Under the pieces are notes generated by a model that did not search any database, was not told the DNA's origin, and saw nothing but the letters and a program-made list of their open reading frames with translations. Of a stretch of DNA of 64,000 bases, positions 1 to 9,099 are shown piece by piece (the first letter of the stretch is position 1; every line of letters starts with the position of its first letter). Origin of the DNA: Methylobacterium sp. EM32 (GTDB lineage Bacteria > Pseudomonadota > Alphaproteobacteria > Rhizobiales > Beijerinckiaceae); NCBI RefSeq assembly GCF_040593685.1, contig NZ_JBEXZS010000136.1, positions 1 to 64,000 of the forward strand. Reading direction: 5' to 3'. A program made the translations under genes and the position numbers.

Positions 1-2
1 AT

Positions 3-182
3 TCGGCCCCCTTGCCGACGCCTGCCCCCGCCGGCCGCCTCGACGCCCTGGCGCACGAAGCAATGCGGGCGGCCCTGGCGGCGCATGGCGGCAATGTCAG
101 CCGCGCGGCGCGCAGCCTCGGGATCAGCCGTAGTACGCTGTATCGGCGGTGTCTGACGGAGCGGGTGGGGATGTCGGGGTGA
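3..182 (+). CDS. C-terminal fragment (start outside window) of a sigma-54-dependent Fis-family (NtrC-like) transcriptional regulator
   Basis: Frame ending at TGA 180-182 translates ...EAMRAALAAHGGNVSRAARSLGISRSTLYRRCLTE, the canonical Fis-type HTH_8 tail of NtrC-family activators. The start lies upstream of the window. Confidence 0.6.
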   Translation, partial: SAPLPTPAPAGRLDALAHEAMRAALAAHGGNVSRAARSLGISRSTLYRRCLTERVGMSG

Positions 183-377
183 GTGGGCCCGCGCATTGGC
201 CTATGTCGTGCGCTTGTTCGGTGTTCGTCCGCAGGGTCGACGCACGCCGCGTCTTTCCGGGAACGCCAGGATCAAAGCCCTGCCGGCTTGGCCATGCGAG
301 AGGCTGCTTGCGGACCCTCTCGAACCCTCCTAGAGCACTTCACGATCGCCTTGCAATCGCGAAGCTCTCTAGGCTTT

Positions 378-438
378 TGATTTCGCCGCATTGTCTTCGA
401 CGAACCGGTGTCCACTTCGTCGGAAAATGCTCTAGCGA
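378..438 (+). promoter_or_regulatory. Copy B of a ~60-nt conserved structured motif (inner hairpin cgacgaa-N11-ttcgtcg, outer gcatt/aatgc arms)
   Basis: About 80% identical to 9763-9828 in the same orientation. It sits in the convergent gap between the regulator fragment and the histidine kinase gene. Confidence 0.3.
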
Positions 439-449
439 CCGCTTTCAGG

Positions 450-2732
450 TTATCCCGCCGCCGTTAGCTTCGCGACCGCACCGACGATCTGTCGAAGCGG
501 AAAAGGCTTCTCCAACCGTTCGACGCCCGCGAACTCGGCCGGGATCACCTCGGCATCGTACCCGGTGGTGAACACGAACGGGATGCCGCGGTCCTTCAGC
601 GTCTCGGCCAGCTTGAACGATGGACCCGGACCGAGGTTGATGTCGACCACGACAGCGTCGGGCTGCCGCTCGTCCAGCTCTGCTCGCGCATCCTCCTCAT
701 TCGCACACGGGCCGATGATCTCCGCGCCCGCGCCCTCGAGCGCCCGGGCGGCGTCGGTCGCGAGGTAGAAGTCGTCTTCCACCACCAGGACACGGCGACC
801 CGTGAGATCCGGTCCACCCGTCATATCGAGCGCTCCCCCGAAGACCGTCATGCGCTGCGGCGCACCCGTCTCCAGGATGCTGGCGCCCTCCCCGAGGGGA
901 AACTCCAAATGACAGTGGGCGCCACCAGGCTCGATCGTGACCTTGCCAAGCCCGCGCAGCTCGTAAGGGACACGCGCCTCGATCAGCTCGCTGCCGAAGC
1001 CCCGCCGACGGGGCGCATCCTGGATCGGCTGCGGGTGCCCGGGGACACCGGCCTCCGTCCAGTCGAAGACGAGCCAAGGGCTGCTGCGCTTCTCGACAAT
1101 GGCCCATCGGACCATGACCTTGCCGTCCGCGACAGACAGGGCGCCGTATTTCAAGGCATTGGTCGCCAGTTCGTGCACGGCGAGCGTCAAGACCTCCGCG
1201 GCCTTGGGCGAGAGCGCGACCTCCGGCCCGTCGAGGTCGTACTGCCCCTCATGCTGCGCCTGGACGCTCACCTCGTCGTGCACGATGCTGGCGATCCCGA
1301 CGCTGACGTTCGCGGCGCGGGTGAGCAGCGCCTGCACCCGTGCAAGGGCGAGCAGGCGGCCCATCAGCAACTCGGCGTAGTCCGGCACGCTGGCGGCCAG
1401 CTCGCCGGTGCGCCGCGTCACCGAGCGGATCATCGCCATGATGTTGCGCACCCGGTGCTGGAGTTCGGCCAGCAGGACGGATGCATGCTCGGCCGCGAGC
1501 TTGGCCTCGGTCACGTCCTCGGCGATGCCGCCGATGCGCGGGATGTGACCATTGTCGCGCAGCGGGAAATCGGTGTTCCTGATCCAGCGGAAGGCGCCGT
1601 CCGAGGGCCGCTGGATACGGAACTCATGAACGGACACCTCGCCGGCGCGGGCCGCCTCCAGATGGCGCAGGGCGACGTCGCGGTCCTCGGGCACGATCAT
1701 CGCGGCCCAGCGTGTCACGTCGCCGAGCAAGGCATCCTTGTTCACGCCGTAGATTGTCGCGAGGGCGGGGCTCGCGAATTCCATCGCGAACGTATCTGCG
1801 GCGCTGATCCAGAGGCCCGCGGCGGACGCCTTGGCAAACTGCCGGAAGCGCTCCTCGCTCTCGCGCAACGCCGCCTCGGCGCGCTTGCGCTCGTCGATGT
1901 CGATGTTCACCCCGATCCATTTCTCGATGGCGCCGCCTGCATCAAGGACGGGAGCCGCGCGGACGTTGGTCCAACGCCAACCGCCGGCGGGCGCGCGAAG
2001 GCGGAACTCGGCGTTCACCTGCCCGCGCGCGGCGATCGCCTCTCGCCATTGCCGCTCGGCATAGACCCGGTCGTCGGAATGGATCGCGTCCAGCCACCCG
2101 TAGCCGAGCCACTCCTCCACGGTCTGGCCGGTATAGGCGCGCCAGCTCGGACTGTCGGCGACGACGCTGCCGGCGGCATCCGTCTCCCACACCGCCTGCG
2201 TCCAGCTCTCGATCAGGAGGCGGTGCCGTGCTGCGCTCGCCCGAAGGGCTTGCTCCGCCAAATGCTGTGCCGTCGTCTCCTTGAGCGTCCAGAGAACGCC
2301 GGCCACCCGCCCGGTCTCGTCGTGGACCGGAACGTAGTCGACATCGAACCAAGCGTCTTCCAGGCGACCATTCCGCAGGACGGGGTACCGCTGTCCGATG
2401 AGCCGCACCGCTCCTCCGGCCATGCCGGCTGCGAGATCGTCAGCGAACACGTCGCGCGAGCGGGCGAACGTCTCATGGACCGACCGCCCCAATGCGCGAA
2501 CGCGATGCTCCCTGAGCAGGTCCGTGAAGCGATCGTTGTAGAGGTGGATCGCCTCGTCCCCCCAGACGAGGCTCATCATACTGGGCGAACGGAGCATCAG
2601 GTCGACGATGGTCTTCAAGCTCTGCGGCCACCGCGTGATCGGCCCCAGAGGAGTCGATGCCCAGTCGAAAGAGCGGATGAGAGCGGCTATTTCGCCATTG
2701 CCGTGCGGCCATCGATCTTGTGTTTGCAGCAT
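450..2732 (-). CDS. Hybrid sensor histidine kinase: PAS/PAC repeats, an HWE/HisKA_2-type kinase core and a C-terminal receiver domain
   Basis: ORF 450..2747. H-box ELQHRVRNIMAMIRSV is typical of HWE kinases. The N-terminal half carries several PAS-like folds. The C-terminus RRVLVVEDDFYLA...AVVVDINLGPG...FVFTTGY is a CheY-like receiver. An in-frame ATG at 2732 (MLQTQDRW) is preferred over the TTG at 2747. Confidence 0.8.
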   Translation of the reverse strand: MLQTQDRWPHGNGEIAALIRSFDWASTPLGPITRWPQSLKTIVDLMLRSPSMMSLVWGDEAIHLYNDRFTDLLREHRVRALGRSVHETFARSRDVFADDLAAGMAGGAVRLIGQRYPVLRNGRLEDAWFDVDYVPVHDETGRVAGVLWTLKETTAQHLAEQALRASAARHRLLIESWTQAVWETDAAGSVVADSPSWRAYTGQTVEEWLGYGWLDAIHSDDRVYAERQWREAIAARGQVNAEFRLRAPAGGWRWTNVRAAPVLDAGGAIEKWIGVNIDIDERKRAEAALRESEERFRQFAKASAAGLWISAADTFAMEFASPALATIYGVNKDALLGDVTRWAAMIVPEDRDVALRHLEAARAGEVSVHEFRIQRPSDGAFRWIRNTDFPLRDNGHIPRIGGIAEDVTEAKLAAEHASVLLAELQHRVRNIMAMIRSVTRRTGELAASVPDYAELLMGRLLALARVQALLTRAANVSVGIASIVHDEVSVQAQHEGQYDLDGPEVALSPKAAEVLTLAVHELATNALKYGALSVADGKVMVRWAIVEKRSSPWLVFDWTEAGVPGHPQPIQDAPRRRGFGSELIEARVPYELRGLGKVTIEPGGAHCHLEFPLGEGASILETGAPQRMTVFGGALDMTGGPDLTGRRVLVVEDDFYLATDAARALEGAGAEIIGPCANEEDARAELDERQPDAVVVDINLGPGPSFKLAETLKDRGIPFVFTTGYDAEVIPAEFAGVERLEKPFPLRQIVGAVAKLTAAG

Positions 2733-2861
2733 ACCATCAAGACACAAGATCGAACGCTCAAGTCAATTGATAAATGTTATTTTATGTCCGTAACCTTTGA
2801 GCGAACCGCCGCGTTCCTCCCACAGCACTCCTTCGCACGGTCAAGCTATCGGCGTTCGCCC

Positions 2862-5800
2862 TCAAGCTCCCAAGCACTCATCGAGCAGCGCCTGCACCCG
2901 CGCCAGATGCGGCGGATGGAACATCGAGTAATGATCCCCGCCGACCTCGTGCAGCACGAAGCGGCCGCGGGTGAACCGGCGGAAGCCCGCCATCCCGGGC
3001 CGTCCCGCTCCGCCGGTCGCCTCGATGCAGGTGATCGGCCCATCCAGGACGCCGTGGAGGTCGTCCCGGCGGGCGAGGCCGTGGTGGTGCTGGGCCAGCC
3101 GCTCGATGCGGGCGAGGTCGGCCGGCGGCAGCGCGTCCAGCGCGGCGAGCACGCGGCCCCAGTAGGGCCGGGTCCGCAGGGAGGCGAAGTCGGTCGACGG
3201 GACCGCCGCGTCGGGGCCGCGATCCAGCCGCGGCGGCGCGCCGTCGAGGAGGACCAGCGCGACCGCCTGCCCCTCGGATTCGAGTTGCAGCCCGGTCGCC
3301 AGGGCGAGCACGGCCCCGAACGACCAGCCGACGAGCGTCACCGGCCGCGCGTCGAGACGCGGCCGCAGCATCGCGGCGAAGAGGCGGCCGTACTCCGCCA
3401 GGCTCCCGGCGAAGGGCGCGTCGCGGTCGAAGCCCGGCGCCTGGAGGCCGAGGCAGGCCAAGTCGGTGCGCAGGGGCTCGACCACCTCGCGGTAGACCGT
3501 CGCGGTACCGAGCGCCGGGGGCAGGAAGCCCGCGACCGCCGCCCCCGGCGCCCCGCGCCGCAAGGGGACCAGCCCGTCCGGCGACGGGGTCCCGGCCTCC
3601 AGATGGGCCACGAGCCCGCGGATCGTCGGGTGGTCGAACAGGCTGCGCAGGGGCAGCGGCCGGCCGGTCGCGGCCTGCACCTTGGCGGCGATCAGGATCG
3701 CCTTCAGGCTGTGGCCGCCGAGGGCGAAGAAATCGTCGTCGAGGCCGACCGCTTCGAGGAAGAGCACCTCCTGCCAGATCGCCCGCAAGAGCGCCTCGGT
3801 CGCGGTGGCGGGCACGGGCCCGGCCGGGGCGGCGGGCGCGGGCCGGTGGTGCTGCTGGAGCGCCGCGCGGTCGAGCTTGCCGTTGGGCGTGAGGGGGAAG
3901 CGCGAGACCGGGACGAACCGGGCCGGCAGCATCGCGGACGGCAGGAGCTGGGTCAGCGCGGCGCGCAAGGCCGAAGGCGCCAGGACCGCGCCCTCGGCCG
4001 GGACGAGGTAGGCGACGAGCTCCGATCCGCCGGCCCGGGTCTCGGCGAGCACGGCGGCCTCGCTCACCCCGTCGAGGCTGCGTAGGGCGGCCTCGACCTC
4101 TTTCAGCGACACCCGGTGGCCGCGCACCTTGACCTGGTCGTCGGTCCGGCCGAGGAATTCGAGGCAGCCGTCGGGAAGCCAGCGGACCCGGTCGCCGGTG
4201 CGGTAGACCCGCAGGTCTCCCTCCCCCGGCAGCACCGTGAAGCGGGCGGCGTCCGTCGGCGCGGCGTTCACGTAGCCCTGCGCCACGCCCTCGCCGCCGA
4301 CCAGCAATTCGCCGACGAGCCCGGCCGGCACCGGCCGCAAGGTGTCGTCGGTCACGAGGAGCCGGGCGCCGGCGATCGGCCGGCCGATCCGCTGCGGCCC
4401 CGCGCCGGCCTCGGCCAGGTCGTCGAGCGGGCCGGCGGCGCAGCCGATCGTGGTCTCGGTCGGGCCGTAATGGTTGAACAGCCGGAGCGAGGGGCACAGG
4501 GCCCGCAGCCGCTGGAGCAGGGCGAAATTCTGCGGCTCGCCGCCAAGCAGCAGGAGGCGCAGGGGCGCCGCGGCGAGCCGCGCCGCGCCGTCGGGCACCG
4601 CGAGGATGAGGCCGAGATAGGACGGCGTCGCCTTGAGGACCGTGATCCCATGCGCCGCCAAGCGGTCGAGGACGAGGCCGGGATCGCGCCGCTCGTCCTC
4701 GCCGAGGAGCGAGACGGAGCCGCCGCCGAGGAGGGCGCCGAACAGGCCGGTATAGCCGAGGTCGAAGGCCGGCGAGGTGACCAGCATCGTGCGCAAGGCC
4801 GCGCCGGTTCCCGGCAGGGTGTCGAACCAGCGCGCGTAATTGGCGAGCGCCCGCTGCCCGACCCGCACCCCCTTGGGCCGGCCGGTCGTGCCGGAGGTGT
4901 AGATGATGTAGGCGGTCGGGTCGGCACCCGCCTCGGGGACCGGCCCGGGGGCCAAGTCGGCCTCGCGCTCGGCCTCGCGCTCGGCCTCGCGCTCGGCCTG
5001 CGCCAGGGCCGTCACCGGGACGGCGAGGTTCGGGAACCGGTCCGGGTCGCGGTTCGTCAGCGCCAGGCGGGCGCCGCAATCCTGCGCGATATGGGCGATG
5101 CGGGCGGCCGGGTGGTCGGGCTCGACCGGCACGAAGGGGCAGCCGAGGAGCAGGCAGGCCATCATCGCCACGACCATCCGGTCGTCGGCCTCGGCGAGCA
5201 GCATCACCGGCTCGCCCGGCGCGACGGCGGCCGCGCGGTGGAGCCAGCCCGCCAGCCGGGCGGCCCGTTCGGCGAGCGCCGCGTAGGTGACGGTGCGATC
5301 ACCGACCCGCAGGGCGGGGGCATCGGCGCGGGAGCGGGCGAGGGCGGGCCAGGTGGCGGCGACCGGCGCGGCCGGCGGGACGGGGGCGCCGCGGCCCCAG
5401 GTCGCGACCCGCGCCGCCTCCTCGGCGTCGAGGAGCGTCAGGGCCTCGACGGCGGTGTCGGGCGCCGCCGCGACCTGGGCGGCGAGGAGCGCGAACCAGC
5501 GGCCGAGCCGCGCCACCGCCGCGGGATCGACCCGGGCCGCGTTGAAGCCGAAGGCCAGCCGCGTCTCGGCACCGGGCAGGGCGAGCACGCCGAAATCGTA
5601 GCTGTTGGTCTGGAACGGCCGCACGTCGTGGATCGTGACGCCGGGCGCCAGCAGCTGGGCCTCGCCCTTGAAGCCGTCGTCGAGGGGGTAGTTCTCGTAG
5701 ACGAAGTAGTGGCCGATCAGGCCGGCGCGGGGCGCGCTGACCCCCTGGATCTCGGCGAGCGGGCAATGCACCCGGGCGAGCCGCTCGACGCTCTCACGCT

Positions 5801-6794
5801 GGGCGGCGCGCAGGAGGTCGGCGACGCTCTCCTTCCCCGAGAAGCGGACCCGCACCGGCAGCATGCCGATGCACGGCCCGAGGATCGCCTCGCTTCCCGG
5901 CAGGTCGGGCATCCGCGTCGAGGCGACGGCGCCGAACACCACGTCGCGCCGGCCCTCGACCTTGGCGAGCAGGACGCCCCAGAGGGTCTGGAACATCGTG
6001 CCGGCGGTGACGCCGAGCGCCGCTGCCCGGGCGGCGAGGCGGCCCGAGAGGTCGGGCCCGAGCGAGATCTCCAGGGTGCGGGGATCGCGCCCGTCCCCGC
6101 CCAAGGTCTCGCCCGAGTTCTCGCCGGTGCGGCGGCCGGGCAGGTCGAGGGGGGTGTCGTAGCCCGCGAGGTAGCCGCGCCAGAAGGCCAGGGCCTCGGG
6201 ATTGCGCCGCGCATCCGCCGCCTTGACGAAGCGGCCGAACGGGATCGCCGGGGGCAGGTGCGGCGCCGTGCCGGCCGCCAGCGCCCGGTAGGCCCGGCCG
6301 AGATCGTCCTGGAGCAGGCCGATGCACCAGCCGTCCATCAGGAGGTGGTGGAACCCGAGCACCACCCGCGTCTCGCCCTCGGCGATCCGGACCAGGCCGA
6401 GCCGGAGCAGCATGTCGCGGCGGATGTCGAACGGGTGCCGAGCTTGCGTCTCGGCGTAGAGATCGGCGGCGCGGCGGGCCGCCTCCGGCCCGTCCGCGCG
6501 GGCGTCGATCACGTCGGGCACGAGGCGGCGCTGCTTGAGGACGATCTGCAGCGGCCGCGCGGCGCCGGTCGGCCGGAAGACCGTGCGCAGGATGTCGTGC
6601 CGGTCGACGAGGTGCTGCCAGGCTTGCCCGAAGGCCGCGAGGTCGAGGGGTCCCCGCACCGTGAAGGCGAGCTGCTGGAGATAGGCGCGCGGGCCCTCCC
6701 CGCCGGCCTCCCGCTCCAGCGCGTCGTGGAACACCAGGCCCTCCTGGAACGGCGTCAGGGGATAGATGTCCTTGACGGTCTCGCGCGCGATCAT
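2862..6794 (-). CDS. Non-ribosomal peptide synthetase, single termination module C-A-T-TE
   Basis: ORF 2862..7001, internal ATG at 6794 (MIARETVKDIYPLTPFQEGL is a C-domain N-terminus). C motif HHLLMDGW. A motifs YIIYTSGTTGRPKGV and NHYGPTETT. T motif FFALGGHSLKAI (~3701-3730). Thioesterase GWSFGAVLA (GxSxG) at the C-terminus. Confidence 0.9.
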   Translation of the reverse strand: MIARETVKDIYPLTPFQEGLVFHDALEREAGGEGPRAYLQQLAFTVRGPLDLAAFGQAWQHLVDRHDILRTVFRPTGAARPLQIVLKQRRLVPDVIDARADGPEAARRAADLYAETQARHPFDIRRDMLLRLGLVRIAEGETRVVLGFHHLLMDGWCIGLLQDDLGRAYRALAAGTAPHLPPAIPFGRFVKAADARRNPEALAFWRGYLAGYDTPLDLPGRRTGENSGETLGGDGRDPRTLEISLGPDLSGRLAARAAALGVTAGTMFQTLWGVLLAKVEGRRDVVFGAVASTRMPDLPGSEAILGPCIGMLPVRVRFSGKESVADLLRAAQRESVERLARVHCPLAEIQGVSAPRAGLIGHYFVYENYPLDDGFKGEAQLLAPGVTIHDVRPFQTNSYDFGVLALPGAETRLAFGFNAARVDPAAVARLGRWFALLAAQVAAAPDTAVEALTLLDAEEAARVATWGRGAPVPPAAPVAATWPALARSRADAPALRVGDRTVTYAALAERAARLAGWLHRAAAVAPGEPVMLLAEADDRMVVAMMACLLLGCPFVPVEPDHPAARIAHIAQDCGARLALTNRDPDRFPNLAVPVTALAQAEREAEREAEREADLAPGPVPEAGADPTAYIIYTSGTTGRPKGVRVGQRALANYARWFDTLPGTGAALRTMLVTSPAFDLGYTGLFGALLGGGSVSLLGEDERRDPGLVLDRLAAHGITVLKATPSYLGLILAVPDGAARLAAAPLRLLLLGGEPQNFALLQRLRALCPSLRLFNHYGPTETTIGCAAGPLDDLAEAGAGPQRIGRPIAGARLLVTDDTLRPVPAGLVGELLVGGEGVAQGYVNAAPTDAARFTVLPGEGDLRVYRTGDRVRWLPDGCLEFLGRTDDQVKVRGHRVSLKEVEAALRSLDGVSEAAVLAETRAGGSELVAYLVPAEGAVLAPSALRAALTQLLPSAMLPARFVPVSRFPLTPNGKLDRAALQQHHRPAPAAPAGPVPATATEALLRAIWQEVLFLEAVGLDDDFFALGGHSLKAILIAAKVQAATGRPLPLRSLFDHPTIRGLVAHLEAGTPSPDGLVPLRRGAPGAAVAGFLPPALGTATVYREVVEPLRTDLACLGLQAPGFDRDAPFAGSLAEYGRLFAAMLRPRLDARPVTLVGWSFGAVLALATGLQLESEGQAVALVLLDGAPPRLDRGPDAAVPSTDFASLRTRPYWGRVLAALDALPPADLARIERLAQHHHGLARRDDLHGVLDGPITCIEATGGAGRPGMAGFRRFTRGRFVLHEVGGDHYSMFHPPHLARVQALLDECLGA
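4957..5004. repeat. In-frame 12-bp tandem repeat (ggcctcgcgctc, ~3.5 copies) encoding (AERE)n inside the NRPS A domain
   Basis: Direct reading of 4957-5004. Translated on the minus strand it gives AEREAEREAEREA just upstream of the A3 core motif. Confidence 0.6.
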
Positions 6795-7303
6795 CGTGGA
6801 TTGTCTCGCAAGAGCATGGTCCGACGAAGCGGAAGCCGGTTCGTCGAAGTTATGCGGCAAAATCAAAGACCGAGAGCACTGCCCGATGGCAACGTCACGG
6901 TACACTTCCCTGGCATGTCGCCAAGGTTCGGTACGGCTGAGATTCCTCGTCAGCTGATTCCTGTCCGCTCCCCCCTTTCCGGGCCCGGAACGGGCCTGCA
7001 CGACTGCAACGAAGTGGAAGGAGATCCTGGATCCAGATCAAAAATTCGCGAAGCGTCTTTGTGTCTGCAACGGTGCAACATTCGGAGCCGCTTCGCGGCA
7101 CGTCCTGTGCTGAATCCCGGATCTTCTTCCGCTGACGCTCCAGTCGTCCGGGAAAGGGGGAGAAGCGGAAACGGAATGTCTCCAATGGATCTCGGCCGTT
7201 CAGAGTCCTCGTCGTATCGAACCTCGGCCTTGTGTCCGTGTCGTGTCCTGTGTGGCAACGTGATCGGGCCATGCTCTGGCGCCCCCTCTCGGCCTCACGC
7301 GGG

Positions 7304-8758
7304 TCAGCGGTTCGGGACCTCGCCCTTCGCCTCGCCCGGTCCCCCGAACCAGCCGGTGTAGCTCAGGAGGTCCCGCATCCGGGTCCAGAACGTCCCGCCG
7401 CCGCCGGCGCCGGCCGGCGAGGACAGGAGCGGGATCCCGCCGGCGGAGACCGGGGCCGGGACGGCCTGCGGACCGCTCTGCCGGAGCGCGGGCGCGTCCG
7501 GATCGGTGGGCGGAATCGCCCGTAGGCCGAGGGTCAGGTCGTGCGACCAGGCGCCTTTCGGCGCCGGCAGCGGCGCCCCGAGGCTGTAGGGGCTGGGCTG
7601 CTGGCTCCTCAGGTCCGGCCGCGAGACGTCGACGCTGCCCTCGTAGGCATTCGCCCCGTCGAGCGGCGGGGCGTCGCTCGCGGCGGCGGCCGGTCCTTGC
7701 GGGGCACGCGCCTGCGGGCCGGGCGCGGGCGGGGTGGAGCCAGGCAAGGGAGAGTTAGACAAGGGAGAGCTTGGCGGCGTCGCCGCGTCGCCGGTGTTCA
7801 GGATCAGCGGCAGACCGCCATTGCCGCCGATCACCACGGTCTTGGCGTTCGGCGAGGTCGCCAGCATCACAGTCGCCTCGATGCCGCGCCACTTCAGGTA
7901 GGGCTCCGAGATCCCCGACTGCACGATCTCCTGGAACTGCTTGATGCCCTTGGCCTCGACGACCTTGCGCTCGCTCTCGTACTGCTCGCGCTCGACGCGG
8001 AACCGCATCTCCTTGACGAGCTGCTCCTGCTCGATCTTCGACTGGATCGCCCCGACGATGCGCGGCGGCAGGACGATGTCCCGGACCAGGACGTCGGTCA
8101 TCTCGATCAGGCGGTCGCGGATCTCCGCCTCGGCCAGCGGCCTTTTCTGCTCGAGCTCCCGGTCGAGGTCGCGCTCGGTGCGCGCGTAGATGAAGTTCGC
8201 CCGGCCCGGATCGACCACCCCGGTGAACACCTCCCGGGCCATCACCTCGCGGCCGGCATTGTAGTAGTCGGTGGTCAGGAACTTGCCGAATTCCCGCCGG
8301 GTCGAGGCGTTGACCTCCGGGATCAGCAGCAGCTTCAGGTAGTCCGGGCCGATCAGCTTGTGCAGATAGCCGAGGTTGTTCCTGTCGACGAACCACCGGA
8401 AGGTGAGCGCGATGGTGACGTTGAGGCCGTCATGGGTGAGCGCGACGATGTCGATGCTGTGGGATTGCAGGCGGGTGTCGTAGAGGTAGACCTTGTCCCA
8501 GGGCCAGACCAGCGCGACGCCCTCGGGCAGGACCTTCTTCGTGTCGGTCCCGCCGAAGAACCGGTGCCAGATCACGCCGGCCGAGCCGGCCGGAACCGTC
8601 ACGATGACGTAGGGCGCCAGGAACACCGCGCAGATCAGGACGACGAGCAGGCCGAGCAGCACGTCCCGGCGACGCGGCAACCGGAATCGCCGGCGCCGCC
8701 GCGGCTCCGCCTCTCCCCTCTCGATACTCACCGGATCACGCCCTTCCCGCTCCCGCAC
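7304..8758 (-). CDS. SPFH/band-7 (prohibitin/HflC-like) membrane protein with a long Pro/Ala-rich C-terminal tail
   Basis: N-terminal TM segment LLGLLVVLICAVFLAPYVIV is followed by an SPFH core (GVIWHRFFGG...VLVRDIVLPPRIVGAIQSKIEQEQ) and coiled-coil. The last ~170 aa are low-complexity P/A/S-rich. Confidence 0.75.
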   Translation of the reverse strand: MREREGRDPVSIERGEAEPRRRRRFRLPRRRDVLLGLLVVLICAVFLAPYVIVTVPAGSAGVIWHRFFGGTDTKKVLPEGVALVWPWDKVYLYDTRLQSHSIDIVALTHDGLNVTIALTFRWFVDRNNLGYLHKLIGPDYLKLLLIPEVNASTRREFGKFLTTDYYNAGREVMAREVFTGVVDPGRANFIYARTERDLDRELEQKRPLAEAEIRDRLIEMTDVLVRDIVLPPRIVGAIQSKIEQEQLVKEMRFRVEREQYESERKVVEAKGIKQFQEIVQSGISEPYLKWRGIEATVMLATSPNAKTVVIGGNGGLPLILNTGDAATPPSSPLSNSPLPGSTPPAPGPQARAPQGPAAAASDAPPLDGANAYEGSVDVSRPDLRSQQPSPYSLGAPLPAPKGAWSHDLTLGLRAIPPTDPDAPALRQSGPQAVPAPVSAGGIPLLSSPAGAGGGGTFWTRMRDLLSYTGWFGGPGEAKGEVPNR

Positions 8759-8779
8759 ACACCTCGATCGTCATCCCGG

Positions 8780-8959
8780 TCAGCGCCGCATCCTGCCCTG
8801 TTCCCCGCCGTCGTTCGAACTCACGATGACCAGCACCAGGAGCCCGACCAGGGGCGTCAGGGCCAGCGACAGGATGAAGTACAACAGGAAGCCGCCGCGG
8901 TAGCCGATGCCGAAGCAGGCCACCAGGATGCAGAGGACGAGATAGACGACGGCCGACAT
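8780..8959 (-). CDS. Putative 59-aa two-TM small membrane protein immediately upstream of the SPFH gene
   Basis: Not in the ORF track (below its size cutoff). ATG at 8959 gives MSAVVYLVLCILVACFGIGYRGGFLLYFILSLALTPLVGLLVLVIVSSNDGGEQGRMRR, with stop at 8780-8782. It is strongly hydrophobic and co-oriented with the SPFH gene with a short gap. Confidence 0.35.
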   Translation of the reverse strand: MSAVVYLVLCILVACFGIGYRGGFLLYFILSLALTPLVGLLVLVIVSSNDGGEQGRMRR

Positions 8960-9099
8960 CGATGAGCCTCGCGCCGCGGACCGGAAACGGCCGGGGGCGC
9001 GGCCCGCCCCGGCCTCGAGCCCGGGCGAGGGCGGTGCGCCGCCGCTCCCGCCCGGGATGTCACGTCATGGCGTCCCTGCGCGAGGATCTCCCGCCCGGA

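Noticed and set aside
909-4085. 1058-aa plus-strand ORF, and similar very long ORFs at 4116-7361, 7541-8965, 11687-14623, 16547-21070, 28346-32317 and 32450-36772
   Set aside because: These lie antisense to well-supported NRPS, kinase or autotransporter genes. Their translations are Arg/Gly/Asp/Pro-rich low-complexity strings with no motifs. This is the classic shadow-ORF artefact of ~70% GC DNA.
2862-5079. 733-aa minus-strand ORF in an alternative frame inside the C-A-T-TE NRPS, and similar frames at 9552-13058, 13302-14717 and 26856-29840
   Set aside because: These are out-of-frame, Arg/Pro/Gly-rich shadow translations of genuine coding regions with no domain motifs.
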